Shown here piece by piece: positions 40,701 through 56,209 of a DNA stretch of 64,000 nucleotides. Positions within the stretch are counted from its first letter, which is position 1, and every line of letters begins with the position of its first letter. A program made the translations under genes and the position numbers. Under the pieces are notes generated by a model. That model was not told the DNA's origin. It saw only the letters and a program-made list of their open reading frames with translations, and searched no databases. Source of the stretch: Eledone cirrhosa (taxonomy: Eukaryota); contig OZ024740.1 of assembly GCA_964016885.1 (NCBI GenBank), forward strand, positions 183,148,001-183,212,000, in the 5' to 3' direction.

Positions 40701-43700
40701 TATTCACATATATATCGCTATTTCAGAGCATTTATTCCAATTTCTAATTTCTGCCGGACCGGCAACCGCTCTTTCAAACCAGTTCCTGTACACAGCTAAG
40801 TATTCTATAAGTCTCTAGCTGTGTCATTCTCGATGAAAGCACTGGATATGTAGTCCTGATGAATTCTAACAAGAATGAAACGCGTAGACTTACTTCCCTT
40901 GCTTTTATCGAGAATCTAATTGTAATACGTGACGTATTCTATTCTATAGCGATTAGGTCTTCAAAATGTTTATTATAAACATACAGAATATTTTCGAATA
41001 TTCTGTGTCTATATTCACATATATATCGCTATTTCAGAGCATTTATTCCAATTTCTAATTTCTGCCGGACCGGCAACCGCTCTTTCAAACCAGTTCCTGT
41101 ACACAGCTAAGTATTCTATAAGTCTCTAGCTGTGTCATTCTCGATGAAAGCACTGGATATGTAGTCCTGATGAATTCTAACAAGAATGAAACGCGTAGAC
41201 TTACTTCCCTTGCTTTTATCGAGAATCTAATTGTAATACGTGACGTATTCTATTCTATAGCGATTAGGTCTTCAAAATGTTTATTATAAACATACAGAAT
41301 ATTTTCGAATATTCTGTGTCTATATTCACATATATATCGCTATTTCAGAGCATTTATTCCAATTTCTAATTTCTGCCGGACCGGCAACCGCTCTTTCAAA
41401 CCAGTTCCTGTACACAGCTAAGTATTCTATAAGTCTCTAGCTGTGTCATTCTCGATGAAAGCACTGGATATGTAGTCCTGATGAATTCTAACAAGAATGA
41501 AACGCGTAGACTTACTTCCCTTGCTTTTATCGAGAATCTAATTGTAATACGTGACGTATTCTATTCTATAGCGATTAGGTCTTCAAAATGTTTATTATAA
41601 ACATACAGAATATTTTCGAATATTCTGTGTCTATATTCACATATATATCGCTATTTCAGAGCATTTATTCCAATTTCTAATTTCTGCCGGACCGGCAACC
41701 GCTCTTTCAAACCAGTTCCTGTACACAGCTAAGTATTCTATAAGTCTCTAGCTGTGTCATTCTCGATGAAAGCACTGGATATGTAGTCCTGATGAATTCT
41801 AACAAGAATGAAACGCGTAGACTTACTTCCCTTGCTTTTATCGAGAATCTAATTGTAATACGTGACGTATTCTATTCTATAGCGATTAGGTCTTCAAAAT
41901 GTTTATTATAAACATACAGAATATTTTCGAATATTCTGTGTCTATATTCACATATATATCGCTATTTCAGAGCATTTATTCCAATTTCTAATTTCTGCCG
42001 GACCGGCAACCGCTCTTTCAAACCAGTTCCTGTACACAGCTAAGTATTCTATAAGTCTCTAGCTGTGTCATTCTCGATGAAAGCACTGGATATGTAGTCC
42101 TGATGAATTCTAACAAGAATGAAACGCGTAGACTTACTTCCCTTGCTTTTATCGAGAATCTAATTGTAATACGTGACGTATTCTATTCTATAGCGATTAG
42201 GTCTTCAAAATGTTTATTATAAACATACAGAATATTTTCGAATATTCTGTGTCTATATTCACATATATATCGCTATTTCAGAGCATTTATTCCAATTTCT
42301 AATTTCTGCCGGACCGGCAACCGCTCTTTCAAACCAGTTCCTGTACACAGCTAAGTATTCTATAAGTCTCTAGCTGTGTCATTCTCGATGAAAGCACTGG
42401 ATATGTAGTCCTGATGAATTCTAACAAGAATGAAACGCGTAGACTTACTTCCCTTGCTTTTATCGAGAATCTAATTGTAATACGTGACGTATTCTATTCT
42501 ATAGCGATTAGGTCTTCAAAATGTTTATTATAAACATACAGAATATTTTCGAATATTCTGTGTCTATATTCACATATATATCGCTATTTCAGAGCATTTA
42601 TTCCAATTTCTAATTTCTGCCGGACCGGCAACCGCTCTTTCAAACCAGTTCCTGTACACAGCTAAGTATTCTATAAGTCTCTAGCTGTGTCATTCTCGAT
42701 GAAAGCACTGGATATGTAGTCCTGATGAATTCTAACAAGAATGAAACGCGTAGACTTACTTCCCTTGCTTTTATCGAGAATCTAATTGTAATACGTGACG
42801 TATTCTATTCTATAGCGATTAGGTCTTCAAAATGTTTATTATAAACATACAGAATATTTTCGAATATTCTGTGTCTATATTCACATATATATCGCTATTT
42901 CAGAGCATTTATTCCAATTTCTAATTTCTGCCGGACCGGCAACCGCTCTTTCAAACCAGTTCCTGTACACAGCTAAGTATTCTATAAGTCTCTAGCTGTG
43001 TCATTCTCGATGAAAGCACTGGATATGTAGTCCTGATGAATTCTAACAAGAATGAAACGCGTAGACTTACTTCCCTTGCTTTTATCGAGAATCTAATTGT
43101 AATACGTGACGTATTCTATTCTATAGCGATTAGGTCTTCAAAATGTTTATTATAAACATACAGAATATTTTCGAATATTCTGTGTCTATATTCACATATA
43201 TATCGCTATTTCAGAGCATTTATTCCAATTTCTAATTTCTGCCGGACCGGCAACCGCTCTTTCAAACCAGTTCCTGTACACAGCTAAGTATTCTATAAGT
43301 CTCTAGCTGTGTCATTCTCGATGAAAGCACTGGATATGTAGTCCTGATGAATTCTAACAAGAATGAAACGCGTAGACTTACTTCCCTTGCTTTTATCGAG
43401 AATCTAATTGTAATACGTGACGTATTCTATTCTATAGCGATTAGGTCTTCAAAATGTTTATTATAAACATACAGAATATTTTCGAATATTCTGTGTCTAT
43501 ATTCACATATATATCGCTATTTCAGAGCATTTATTCCAATTTCTAATTTCTGCCGGACCGGCAACCGCTCTTTCAAACCAGTTCCTGTACACAGCTAAGT
43601 ATTCTATAAGTCTCTAGCTGTGTCATTCTCGATGAAAGCACTGGATATGTAGTCCTGATGAATTCTAACAAGAATGAAACGCGTAGACTTACTTCCCTTG

Positions 43701-44164
43701 CTTTTATCGAGAATCTAATTGTAATACGTGACGTATTCTATTCTATAGCGATTAGGTCTTCAAAATGTTTATTATAAACATACAGAATATTTTCGAATAT
43801 TCTGTGTCTATATTCACATATATATCGCTATTTCAGAGCATTTATTCCAATTTCTAATTTCTGCCGGACCGGCAACCGCTCTTTCAAACCAGTTCCTGTA
43901 CACAGCTAAGTATTCTATAAGTCTCTAGCTGTGTCATTCTCGATGAAAGCACTGGATATGTAGTCCTGATGAATTCTAACAAGAATGAAACGCGTAGACT
44001 TACTTCCCTTGCTTTTATCGAGAATCTAATTGTAATACGTGACGTATTCTATTCTATAGCGATTAGGTCTTCAAAATGTTTATTATAAACATACAGAATA
44101 TTTTCGAATATTCTGTGTCTATATTCACATATATATCGCTATTTCAGAGCATTTATTCCAATTT
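37723..44164 (+). repeat. 311-bp hammerhead-containing tandem array, right arm (~20.7 units, 21 HHRs on the plus strand)
   Basis: Reverse complement of the left arm; CTGATGA cores from 37746 to 43966 at 311-bp spacing; runs into (TA)n. Confidence 0.97.
37742..37780 (+). ncRNA. Minimal type I hammerhead ribozyme (first of 21 on the plus strand); predicted cleavage after GUA at 37776
   Basis: AGTC-CTGATGA-ATTCT aaca AGAAT-GAAA-CGC-GTA-GACT; helix I AGTC/GACT, 5-bp helix II, palindromic helix III ACGCGT. Confidence 0.85.
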
Positions 44165-44204
44165 ATATATTTATATATATAAATATATATATATATATTT
44201 ATAT

Positions 44205-44255
<51 letters not shown>

Positions 44256-44303
44256 TATATATAAATATATATATATATAAATATATATATATATATTTAT
44301 ATA

Positions 44304-44873
44304 TGGAACAACAACAACACCCAAACAAACAACACTGACCTAAGAGAAGTATAAATAAATAAGTAAATTAAATTAAATAAAATAAGATAAATAAATACAT
44401 ACACAAGCACATAAACACACACTAGTCACCCAGCAGACACAACACTATACACACTAGTCACACATCACACATAACACTATACACACACGCAAACGCATGC
44501 GCAAAGAAGACAAAATAAAATAAGATAAACAAACAAGCAAATAAATAAATAAATATATAGACAGACTGAACAAAAAAAATGGCGTAGACATACAACACAA
44601 CAGGAGGAACAATGAATATAACACCACTGACGATGTTGCAGATGTGCAACGAAAGATTTATGTAAACTATATATATATGTGTTTGTCTATATTGTATCTG
44701 TATTATTTTTGACCGCCGGTCAGTCAATGGCAACATTGAGGACCGAGTAAGTTAGATCGCAGATATATATATATAAAAGACAGCGAGAAGCGAAAACCAA
44801 CCAAACAGTGAGTGTGTTCTGTTATTAATTCTGGCAATATTACGCAAATATGACCCTCCCCAAATATAACAAT
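44304..44873 (+). mobile_element. Solo PLE pseudo-LTR of the 10583-12812 family; HHR core at ~44622-44663
   Basis: Similar to 12250-12812; CTGACGA-T-GTTGCA gatg TGCAAC-GAAA-GATTTA. Confidence 0.85.
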
Positions 44874-46725
<1,852 letters not shown>

Positions 46726-47037
46726 CATCATCATCATCATCATCATCAACGTTTAACGTCCGTGTTCCACGCTTGCATGGGTTTGGACGGGGGTAGTCCC
46801 ACTTGAGGCAAGAGTGATTGTCTTGCTCGCATAGGACTGTCTGGCAGGTTTTCTACAGTTGGATGCCCTTCCTAACACCAACCACATTTACAGTGTGGGT
46901 CTGGGAGGTTTTTACCGTGTTGCCTACACGGCCACATTACAGCGTGGACTGTGTGTTTTTTTGTCGTGACACCTACACGATCTCATTTGTTTCGGCCTGG
47001 ATGGCGCGGCACCAACATAACTTTACATAGAACGGGG
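46726..47037 (-). mobile_element. SINE/LINE 3' fragment with an (ATG)n tail similar to the RTE 3' end
   Basis: Minus: ...CGGACGTTAAACGTTGATGATG resembles the LINE end GCGGACGTAAAATGATGATG at ~60807-60833. Confidence 0.55.
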
Positions 47038-47072
47038 TATATATATAAATATAAATATATATATAAATATAA

Positions 47073-47131
<59 letters not shown>

Positions 47132-47428
47132 AATATATATATATAAATATATATATATAAATATATATATATAAATATATATATATAAATATATATATAT
47201 AAATAAATATATATAAATAAATATATATAAATATATATATATAAATAAATATATATAAATAAATATATATAAATATATATATATAAATATATATATATAA
47301 ATATATATATATAAATATATATATATAAATATATATATATAAATATATATATATAAATATATATATATAAATATATATATATAAATATATATATATAAAT
47401 ATATATATATAAATAAATATATATAAAT

Positions 47429-47503
<75 letters not shown>

Positions 47504-47504
47504 A

Positions 47505-47535
<31 letters not shown>

Positions 47536-47564
47536 AATATATATATAAATATATATATATATAA

Positions 47565-47595
<31 letters not shown>

Positions 47596-47634
47596 AATAT
47601 ATATAAATATATATATATAAATATATATATATAA

Positions 47635-47685
<51 letters not shown>

Positions 47686-47712
47686 AATATATATAAATAT
47701 ATATAAATATAT

Positions 47713-47745
<33 letters not shown>

Positions 47746-48310
47746 AATATCATAACATTCACTATAGACTACAGAATAGTTTTCCAAATAAGGGCGCAAA
47801 AATGTAATGAAAACTTGTTCACGTGACAGCCAAATTTCATTTATAACCAACCAAAAAAAAGCCTTCGTGAGCCTCATTTTTTCAAGTAAAAAGAAATTCA
47901 AACACTCATATATGAAAAAACAACCTGTGACAACCCCCCCCCCCCTCTCTTATTTGAAGAACTATTGTAACGCGAACTGGCGCGAAATTTATTATAATTA
48001 TTGACAAACCAATGAAATTACTTCTCGAAAAACTTGGTTTTCGAGCCAGTTTTTTCCATATAAAACAAGTAACATTTAGAGACCAACCAGATGTGAGAAA
48101 AACCACAGACCCTCCATCTCAACTCACCTTTTGAAAAGCAGAAGAACTGCGAAACCGGTAAAGGAATCAAATAAATATATATATTTTTAAAAAAATAAGA
48201 CTTCAGTTGCATTTTCGATTTCATCCCTTTTTCTTTATACTTCCACTCGTGTAGGACACCTCGGTTATTTTTCATTTTGTAAAAAAAACCTCACTTTCTA
48301 ATATAAATAT

Positions 48311-48369
<59 letters not shown>

Positions 48370-48462
48370 AATATATAAATATATATATATATATAAATAT
48401 ATATAAATATATATATATAAATATATATAAATATATATATATATATAAATATATATAAATAT

Positions 48463-48597
<135 letters not shown>

Positions 48598-48611
48598 AAT
48601 ATAAATTGGAA

Positions 48612-49069
48612 TAGAATGAAATGAAATTTCATTTCTCACTCTTAGTACGGCACTTACTTAAATGTAAGTATGTATGTATACGCACATACATATATGTATA
48701 CAGACGTACAGTAGCATATTATATATATATATATATATATATACATATATACATAGAGGCACACATATGCAAATTAGGCTGCTCAGCCGTTAATTTTCAT
48801 AAGGAAAGTATATACTTTCGAACGTTCAACCACCTGGCAGAAGGGTATACGGTGCTGACGATAGCTAACAAGCTTGAAACTAGTACATCGTTCCTGTGTC
48901 AGTGTTGAACAAAAAAAAAAAAAAAAAAAAATGTGACGTGGTTGCCTTAACACCGTACGGCATAAATCAGGCTGTCCGTTTGTTTACAAACGAACAAAGC
49001 GAATGTTACAATAAATATTCGCTAAACTGATACGTACATTTATATCATATATATATATATGTGTGCCTG

Positions 49070-49144
<75 letters not shown>

Positions 49145-49200
49145 GCTACTGTACGTCTGTATACATATATGTATGTGCGTATACATACATACTTACATTA
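48612..49200 (+). mobile_element. Small non-coding HHR element (retrozyme-like), copy 1, with an inverted terminal segment
   Basis: Shares ATATGCAAATTAGGCTGCTCAGCCGTTAA and the HHR with 51135-51600 and 55060-55632. Confidence 0.75.
48850..48890 (+). ncRNA. Minimal type I hammerhead ribozyme
   Basis: CGGTG-CTGACGA-TAGCT aaca AGCTT-GAAA-CTA-GTA-CATCG; palindromic helix III ACTAGT. Confidence 0.8.
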
Positions 49201-49233
49201 TATAAATATATATATATATATAAATATATAAAT

Positions 49234-50545
49234 ATTTGCGTAATATTGCCAGAATTAATAACAGAACACACTGTGTTTGGTTGGTTTTCACTTCTCGCTG
49301 TCTTTTATATCTGCGATCTAACTTACTCGGTCATCAATGTTGCCATTGACTGACCGACGGTAAAAAATAATACAGATACAATATAGACACAAACACATAT
49401 ATATAGTTTACATAATTTACATAAATCTTTCGTTGCACATCTGCAACATCGTCAGTGGTGTTATATATATATATTTTTTTTTTCCTCCTGTTGTGTCGCA
49501 TGTCTACGACATTTTTTTATTTTTTATTCAGTCTGTCTATATATTTATTTATTTATTTGCTTGATTCTTTATTTTATTCTGTCTTCTTTGCGCACGCGTT
49601 TGCGTGTGTGTACAGTGTTATGTGTGCTGTGTGACTAGTGTGTATAGTGTTGTGTCTGCTGGGCGACTAGTGTGTGTTTATGTGCTTGTTATTGTGCTTG
49701 TGTATGTATTTATTTATCTTATTTTATTTTATTTTATTTACTTATGTATACTGCTCTTAGTATAAGACCGAAAAAACGGGTCAGTACTATACGAACATGC
49801 TAGACAACAACATGACGGTAACATAGACAACATAGAAATTAGAATAATATCTAAACATAGGAATGACCCAGCAGATAGGCAAATCAGAGAGGCCAGTGAA
49901 ATAGAAATTAGAAGACCACAGCTAAACAGAAAGAATGACTGGAACAACAACAACACCCAAACAAACAACACTGACTTAAGAGAAGTATAAATAAGTAAAT
50001 AAAATAAAATAAAATAAGATAAATAAATACATACACAAGCACAATAACAACAAGCACATAAACACACACTAGTCACCCAGCAGACACAACACTATACACA
50101 CTAGTGACACAGCACACATAACACTATACACACACGCAAACGCATGCGCAAAGAAGACAAAATATAATAAACAAACAAGCAAATAAATAAATAAATAATA
50201 TATACAGACTGAATAAAAAAAAAATGGTGTAGACATACAACACAACAGGAGGAAAAAAAAAAAAAAAAAAAAATAACACCACTGACGATGTTGTAGATGT
50301 GCAACGAAAGATTTATGTAAATTATGTAAACTATATATATGTGTTTGTGTCTATATTGTATCTGTATTATTTTTGACCGTCGGTCAGTCAATGGCAACAT
50401 TGAGGACCGAGTAAGTTAGATCGCAGATATAAAAGACAGCGAGAAGCGAAAACCAACCAAACAGTGAGTGTGTTCTGTTATTAAATCTGGCAATATTACG
50501 CAAATATGACCCTCCCCAAGTATAACAATATCTGTTTCGACAAAC
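49234..50545. mobile_element. PLE insertion: inverted pseudo-LTR (~49234-49745, -), endonuclease C-terminus and pseudo-LTR (~49766-50545, +); HHR cores at ~49419-49460 (-) and ~50276-50318 (+)
   Basis: VLYEHARQQHDG..RQIREASEI..PQLNRKNDW; arms are reverse complementary; same family as 10583-12812. Confidence 0.85.
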
Positions 50546-50900
50546 GATTTAATATATAAATATATATATATACATAAATATATAAATATTTATATATAAA
50601 TATATAAATATATATATAGATATAGATAAATATATATATATATATATAAATATAAATATATATATATATATTGTACCCTTCACTGGCTTGACCTCTTTTC
50701 ATCCCCAAAGTATTCTTTTCATTCAAAGTATTAATTTATTCAAAACATAAGTCTGCACTCCTCTACCCCAAATTAAATTTCTACTACCACTCTTCTATCA
50801 ACTTGACCTGTAACTACTTTTCTATTGGTCAATTCAAAACCTGTTCCGAAACCGACCTTTGATATTAAATCTTTGTTGTTTTTTTTTCAATAAACAAATC

Positions 50901-51036
50901 TCATCATTTCTGAAAACAGCATGTATATGTCAAGGTAAGTATATTTCCTCTGATAATTTGTAATATTTTTACATAGATCTATATGATATACATACCCACA
51001 CACATATACATCCTAGAAACGATCGTAAAATGATGA
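50901..51036 (+). ncRNA. Hammerhead-like motif (CUGAAAA core) with a 42-nt intron-like insert in helix II
   Basis: TCATCATTT-CTGAAAA-CAGCATGTATATGT...ACATATACATCCTA-GAAA-CGATC-GTA-AAATGATGA. Confidence 0.55.
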
Positions 51037-51134
51037 ATTTTTAAATATAAGTAACTTGTTCTTTGTTTTTATTTCATTATTTTTATTAATTTATATATAT
51101 ATGAATATATATATAAATATATATATATAAATAT

Positions 51135-51600
51135 AAATGGAAAAAATGAAACGAAATTTCATTTCTCACACATAGTACGTCTGTTACCTAAATATAAGTA
51201 TGTATACGTACATACATATATGTATACAGACGTACAGTGGTACGGTTTCTCTGTAAACAAACATCTTGGATTAAGCCGTTTATCAACCATCTTTGCCCTT
51301 TTCTTCAACACTGACAAAGGAACGATGTACTAGTTTCAAGCTTATTAGCTATCGTCAGCACCGTATACCTTCCTGCCAGATAATCGAACGTCTGAAAGTA
51401 TATACTTTCCTTATGCATATTAACGGCTGAGCAGCCTAATTTGCATATCGAGTGAGTTAATTGGCCGGGCGCACCGAAAACGATAAATGGAAAAAATGAA
51501 ACGAAATTTCATTTCTCACTCATAGTACGGCTGTTACTTAAATATAAGTTTTTATACGTACATATATATATGTATACAGACGTACAGTAGTATGTATATA
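51135..51600 (-). mobile_element. Small HHR element, copy 2, terminally redundant (350-bp period); HHR at 51323-51363 (-)
   Basis: ATGGAAAAAATGAAACGAAATTTCATTTCTCAC at 51137 and 51487; CGATGTACTAGTTTCAAGCTTATTAGCTATCGTCAGCACCG. Confidence 0.8.
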
Positions 51601-51604
51601 TATA

Positions 51605-53676
51605 TAACAGAATACTATGTTGTATGAACATAACAGGAGACTCAGTCGTGTGTATAAAGTTTAATTAGTTATGTAGAATAGAATAGTTGACAGGTTCAGC
51701 GTAGATGAAATAATGAAGTAAAGTTATTTGATACCGTTTTGAAGTGAGCTCGCAAGAGACCATGTTAGGGTTGCCAGAGAGTAGAGCCTTGGCGAATGCG
51801 CCTGGCCTAAGAGCCAGGCTAGTTAGAAGAGAGTGAGATAGCCCTGAGCTATGCCTTTTATAGGGTCGCAGGACGGAAGTAACCAACATGGTTCTGCCAC
51901 CCCGAAGAGAAGTAATTCCAGCTAATTCCTGTTGAGAGAGCGGTGATGTGATTGTCATAACAAGGGAGGCAACTCTTGCTACATTATCTCCCGCCAGATT
52001 TTTTAAATATAAACATTTTTTTAAATATAAAAATTTTTTTAAATATAAAAACTTTTTAAATATAAAAATTTACCATGCATGGAGTAAGATGGCGAGCATA
52101 TAACACCAAAGTTCAGGCATGAGAATTAAAAAAAAATAATGTTTGCAATAAAAGGAAAACAGCAAATTATAAGCATGCAAAAATCAATGATAGATATCAA
52201 GGTAGCCAAACGACTGGACATCTATATATCTATCACACAAAGATACAATGCAATCAAAAGAAGGGGTGAAAAGAGCAAGGAAATGTGCTCGAACACAGTT
52301 ATTAAAGAAAAAAAATTTCAAATGTTCAAAAATAAAGTTCACAGGTGTGCAATCACATGGCAGCAGTAAAGAAAGTCTGTCCTCCAGAGAATGTATGCAG
52401 GTGGTCTTTAGACTGTGGTACAAGGTGAAATTCGGTGAGATTTTCTCACAGAAAGCGTGCTGTAAAGATAAATTCTCTGTTTCGTTCTGCTGGTTTTGGT
52501 TGTTGATGCTGTGTTGTTGTTGTTGATGTTGTTGTCTCGCGGAATGAACCTATTCGATGTTGTTTCCGTTCACAGTAAAATTTTCCAAGAAAAAACAAGT
52601 TGCGCAAAGTGCTAGAAATAACAGCCAAACTTGATGGTCGATGTTGAGAATGCGTTGACCTGGAAGGGTCAAGAGGCCAGCAACCAAAGAAATAAGCATT
52701 CTGAATAAATGCGCAGTTTTCAACGGCAAATTTACGTGGTAAATTTTTAAACCGGCAAATAGGAGAATAAAGCTTAATGCTGGAGAATCCTTGGGAAGAA
52801 ACATTATCTATGGCGTGTGTTATCTCAGTTAGTCGTGATATGGGCTGCCCACACGTGCCGAAACAAGGTTAAAGTCAAGTTGATAAAAAGATATTTCTAT
52901 TGCGCGAGAAAATGGCGCGGAAATGATAGTGCAACAGGTCGTTGGCAGCCATTTTTAAAAATGTGTGTGAACGTGAAAACATGATGAAAAAGAAGGAAAG
53001 GCTTTGTATATGGCGAGAATTCCACTTTTTTTTTTTTTGAATGTGATGGAAAAGTAGCGACATTTAAACCATGTAAACACGTTAGGTGAAGAACAACATT
53101 TTTTCTTGTTTGTTTGCTGCTGAGAAAAAAATTACTTCTATTTTTCGTTTTAGACAAAATCCATGTGGAATGTTGTTACGGGAATTTTTTCTTTTTGAAA
53201 TACTGCTAATTAATTTTCATTTTTTTTTACATTCACACCACACCAGATCCTATTATTTTTTTGGGGGGAGGGGGGTCACCACTCACAACAGGGTTACTGG
53301 GTCGTATGAATATAACAGGAGACTCAGATGTGTGTATCAACTTTAATTAACAAGTTGAAGTTATGTAGAATAAAATAGTTGACAGGTCAAGATTAGATGA
53401 AAGAATGAAGTAAAGTTATTTGTTACCGTTTTGAAGTGAGCTCGCAAGGAGACCATGTTAGGGTTACCAGTGAGTAGAGCCTCGGCGAACGCGCCTGGTC
53501 GAAAGGCCAGGCTAGTTAGAAGAGAGTGAGATAGCATCGAACTATCCCTTTTATAGGGTCCCAGGACGGAAGTAACAAAAAGTGTACTGTCACCCCAACG
53601 AGAAGTAACTCCAGCTACTTCCGGTCTAGAGAGCGGTGATGTGATTGTCATAACAAGGGAGGAAACTCTTGCTACA
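51605..53676 (-). mobile_element. Old decayed LTR retrotransposon (Gypsy-like) with diverged ~380-bp LTRs
   Basis: Direct repeats ~51605-51983 and ~53286-53676 beginning TGTAGCAAGAG on the minus strand; PBS-like TGGTGACCCC at ~53273-53282; PPT-like CTGGCGGGGAG at ~51987-51997. Confidence 0.8.
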
Positions 53677-53859
53677 TATACATACATGCACACACATATA
53701 TATATATGTACGTATGGATTACAAACAAACCGAGCATTATAATAAATGTTCGGTAAATCCATACGTACATATATATATATATGTGCATGTATGTATATAT
53801 ATACATACTACTGTACGTCTGTATACATATATGTATGTACGTGTACATACTTATATATA

Positions 53860-53922
<63 letters not shown>

Positions 53923-55031
53923 GTATATATAAATATATATATAAATATATATATATATAAATATAATATATATATATAAATATAATATATATATAAATAT
54001 AATATATATATAAATATAATATATATATAAATATAATATATATATAAATATAATATATATATATATAAATACATATATAAATATAAATACATATATAAAT
54101 ATAAATACATATATAAATATAATATATATATAAATATAAATACATATATAAATATAATATATATATAAATATAATATATATATAAATATAATATATATAT
54201 ATAATATATATATATATAAATACATATATATATAAATATATATATATATAAAAATATATATATATATATAAATATATATATATAAATATATATAAATATA
54301 TATAAATAAATATATTTAAATAAATATATATAAATAAATATATTTAATACAATAACAGAGATAGCTTAAAGCTAAACTGTGACTGGTAACCATCTCACTC
54401 AACAAACATTAGGTTATATGTTAGTATAAATCCAATTTAAGTGTTTGGGGTGCTAACTATATGTATTATGTGGAAAGCCAGTTGTATTGTTTTATGATAT
54501 AATTAAAGTTAAAATATATCTCTCTTTCCAAACCATTGTTTCATTATAAGTTTTCTACAAATTAGGAGAATGTTTCCAGTTTATGTAGAAGCCTAACATA
54601 TATTCATGTAAGAATATATTTAGGTGGGTGCTTATAAATCATCAGTGGAAGCCCATTAAACTTTGATATAAGAAAACATTCTTACCGCAGTTAAAAATCG
54701 TGTCTGCTTGGCTGCTCCCTCACGCATCGAATGACCGCCACATTTGAAATTCCAGCAGTTTTTGACTTAGGAAGTATTATAGCGTCACGAAGCAGGAAGG
54801 GGAGATAACCAATACACGAGAAAAGAAAAAAATAATATTCACGCGGGTTAATTAGTTTTTTCAAAAATATTATCAATCCAACGTTAAGAACTCAATTGAA
54901 ATTAAAAAAATAAATGCATGCGTGTATTAATTGCACACGCATATAGATATTTTCTTAGGCTAAAAACAAAAGTCGTACCCGAATAACAAACCGCATAAAG
55001 AAATATATATATACATAAATATATATATATA

Positions 55032-55059
<28 letters not shown>

Positions 55060-55062
<3 letters not shown>

Positions 55063-55481
55063 GTAAGTATGTACGTATACGTACATACATATATGTATAC
55101 AGACGTACAGTAGCATGCATATATATATAGTGAGAAATGAAATTTCGTTTCATTATATTACAACTTATCGTTTTCGGTACGCCTGGCCGACTGAACTCAC
55201 TCGATATGCAAATTAGGCTGCTCAGCCGTTAATTTACATAAGGAAAGTATATACTTTCGAACGTTCAACTATCTGGCAGAAGGGTATACGGTGCTGATGA
55301 TAGCTAAGAAGCTTGACACTAGTACATTGTTCCCGTGTCAGTGTTCAACAAAAAGGTGACGCGGTTGCCTTAACACCGTACGGCATAAATCAGGCTGTCC
55401 GCTTGTTTACAAACGGACAAAGCGGGCGTTATAATAAACGTCCGCTAAACTGGTACGTTCATATATATATATGTGTACCTG

Positions 55482-55512
<31 letters not shown>

Positions 55513-55632
55513 GCATGCTACTGTACGTCTGTATACATATATGTATGTACGTATACATACATACTTACATTTAAGTAAGTTCCGTACTAAGAGTGAGAAA
55601 TGAAATTTCGTTTCATTCTATTACAACTTATA
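55060..55632 (+). mobile_element. Small HHR element, copy 3 (463-bp terminal redundancy, inverted 5' piece); HHR at 55289-55329 with GAAA changed to GACA
   Basis: AGTGAGAAATGAAATTTCGTTTCATT at 55129 and 55592; CGGTG-CTGATGA-TAGCT aaga AGCTT-GACA-CTAGTA-CATTG. Confidence 0.75.
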
Positions 55633-55667
55633 TATATATATATCAATATATATAAATATATATATAT

Positions 55668-55728
<61 letters not shown>

Positions 55729-55785
55729 AATAAATATATATATATATATATAAATAAATATATATATATATATAAATAAATATAT

Positions 55786-55860
<75 letters not shown>

Positions 55861-56033
55861 TATATATATATATATATAAATAAATATATATATATATATA
55901 TAAATAAATATATATATATATATATATAAATAAATATATATATATATATATATAAATAAATATATATATATATATATATAAATAAATATATATATATATA
56001 TATATAAATAAATATATATATATATATAAATAA

Positions 56034-56064
<31 letters not shown>

Positions 56065-56071
56065 TATATAT

Positions 56072-56104
<33 letters not shown>

Positions 56105-56127
56105 AATAAATATATATATATATATAA

Positions 56128-56168
<41 letters not shown>

Positions 56169-56209
56169 TATATATATATATATATATAAATAAATATATA
56201 TATATATAG

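Noticed and set aside
32459-44164. CRISPR-like array
   Set aside because: Units are identical head-to-tail with no unique spacers and no cas genes; eukaryotic context
47750-48295. Unique-looking segment as a host exon or DNA transposon (also 54350-54990)
   Set aside because: No convincing ORF, splice pattern or terminal repeats that I can support
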